Source: an uncultured virus (IMG/VR IMGVR_UViG_2540341129_000004)
Taxonomy: Duplodnaviria > Heunggongvirae > Uroviricota > Caudoviricetes
Reading direction: 5' to 3' (one strand)
IMG/VR virus record: IMGVR_UViG_2540341129_000004
Length of the DNA stretch: 64,000 nucleotides
Within the stretch, counting starts at the first letter, position 1, and every line of letters begins with the position of its first letter. The translations under genes were made by a program, and so were the position numbers. Below, one piece after another: positions 62,851 to 64,000 of this stretch. Below the pieces are notes generated by a model. That model was not told where the DNA came from. It saw nothing but the letters and a program-made list of their open reading frames with translations, and made no database searches.

Positions 62851-63294
62851 ATGAAAAAACTATTCTTTTTGGCTGTGATTTGCGTTGGTTCTATATTGAG
62901 TTTCAACGTACCGAGTGCTGAGGCGAAGCTTACACTAGACTACAAAAATGTTAATTTCCACATGAGTGAGGATTCAGAGAGTTTTTCAATGGCAGATTAT
63001 TTTGATCGGAATTATGATCGTACGTGGCTCTTCTACAAATTCACAATCAGCAATGCTGAAGGATGTACTCTAAATATGAAAATCAGTAGGATAACTCTTG
63101 CTGGCTGGGTATTCCCACGTAGTGAAAAGCAGTTTGTAGGAAACTATGCTGACTATACTGCTACAGATCGAGTAGAGGGAGATGCAAATCGTAATCATGT
63201 GTTAGAGATTACAAAGAATCCAGACTGCGGAGATGTGTGGATTAAAGGTATATATGGATTTGAACATGAAGATTTATTTGATTGGGAAGCTTAA
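62851..63294 (+). CDS. Secreted hypothetical protein
   Basis: Signal peptide MKK..AEA; terminator GTCAAGG..CCTTGAC plus T-run at 63301-63327. Confidence 0.7.
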   Translation: MKKLFFLAVICVGSILSFNVPSAEAKLTLDYKNVNFHMSEDSESFSMADYFDRNYDRTWLFYKFTISNAEGCTLNMKISRITLAGWVFPRSEKQFVGNYADYTATDRVEGDANRNHVLEITKNPDCGDVWIKGIYGFEHEDLFDWEA

Positions 63295-63381
63295 TACATA
63301 GTCAAGGTATATCCTTGACCTTTTTTATGGATATAATGATAATTTAAAGTGGTCATACATAATGAATGCGAGGTAGTAATA

Positions 63382-63585
63382 TTGATTAAATCAAATTTAA
63401 AGCCAATATTAGACGAAAGGAATATCAGTATTCGAAAGCTGTCCAATGATATTGATCATGGTTTTAACACAGTTAGGAAGCTGTATCATGACGAAATGGA
63501 GCGGTACCCAAGGGACCTGTTGGATAAAGTCTGTACATATTTAGATATTGAGCTGCATGAGCTGTTGACTTACAAAAAAGATTAA
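63382..63585 (+). CDS. XRE-family HTH regulator
   Basis: [28 protein letters not shown] start. Confidence 0.8.
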   Translation: MIKSNLKPILDERNISIRKLSNDIDHGFNTVRKLYHDEMERYPRDLLDKVCTYLDIELHELLTYKKD

Positions 63586-63640
63586 AACGCTTAATGTTTC
63601 CAATGTGCATTTCTTACTAAAAAATAAAGGGAGATTCAAA

Positions 63641-63856
63641 ATGATTGAATTCAAATTAAAGCAACTAGCTGAAGAAAAAGGAATAAGCGGTATAAGGGAA
63701 CTGTCGAGGGTTCTTGAACACGATTATAAAAGTGTACGTTTGATGTGGATGGGTGAAATAAAGCGAGTTCCGACAGATCTAATTGAAAAAGTGTGCTCCT
63801 ATTTTGACGTTACAATTAATGAACTAATGGAATTTAAAAAAGAAGAAAATAATTAG
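63641..63856 (+). CDS. XRE-family HTH regulator (paralogue of the preceding gene)
   Basis: LAEEKGISGIRELS..SVRLMW..IEKVC.YF. Confidence 0.8.
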   Translation: MIEFKLKQLAEEKGISGIRELSRVLEHDYKSVRLMWMGEIKRVPTDLIEKVCSYFDVTINELMEFKKEENN

Positions 63857-63944
63857 AAAAAGTATTGATCCTTTTTAGGGATCATGATATACTGAAGTTA
63901 CAAGTTAAGGAAAATAAATACGGGAATTTAAAGGGAGATATACA

Positions 63945-64000
63945 ATGAAAACAACACTTAAAAAATTGTCTCAAAAAGAACTTCATAATCTAATAGGAAG
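63945..64000 (+). CDS. Start of an ORF truncated by the window end
   Basis: TTGATC-N17-TATACT promoter upstream, AAGGGAG RBS, ATG AAA ACA. Confidence 0.5.
   Translation, partial: MKTTLKKLSQKELHNLIG

Overview
The whole window is an internal 64-kb segment of an SPbeta-like (Spbetavirus-type) Bacillus temperate phage or prophage; no attachment site or host gene is visible. From left to right it holds: an SOS-controlled yolD-uvrX mutagenesis cassette; a Rap-Phr signalling pair; a lysis module; a ~38-kb minus-strand virion morphogenesis operon (tail spike, Dit, tape measure, tail tube, capsid, portal, terminase); the HU gene; the YonO RNA polymerase gene; an XRE regulator; a wHTH plus tubulin (TubR/TubZ-like) pair; the yonT/yoyJ/SR6 toxin-antitoxin locus; and a plus-strand early/accessory region (GIY-YIG fusion, YonV helicase-like protein, polyvalent protein, DNA methyltransferase, small ORFs, acyltransferase, XRE proteins). 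The most notable observations are: (1) a ~1.6-kb ORF-free, densely base-paired region between yonK and the HU gene that looks like a giant minus-strand ncRNA; (2) a 331-nt group I intron inside yonO; (3) a TubZ/TubR-like module next to a ~1-kb strand-skewed non-coding region; (4) a GIY-YIG nuclease fused to a paralogous copy of the YonV C-terminus; (5) a 16-bp operator-like motif present 8 times at phage promoters; (6) several point lesions in virion genes, which are either prophage decay or assembly errors. SPbeta gene names come from recalled sequence features and gene order, not from database searches.
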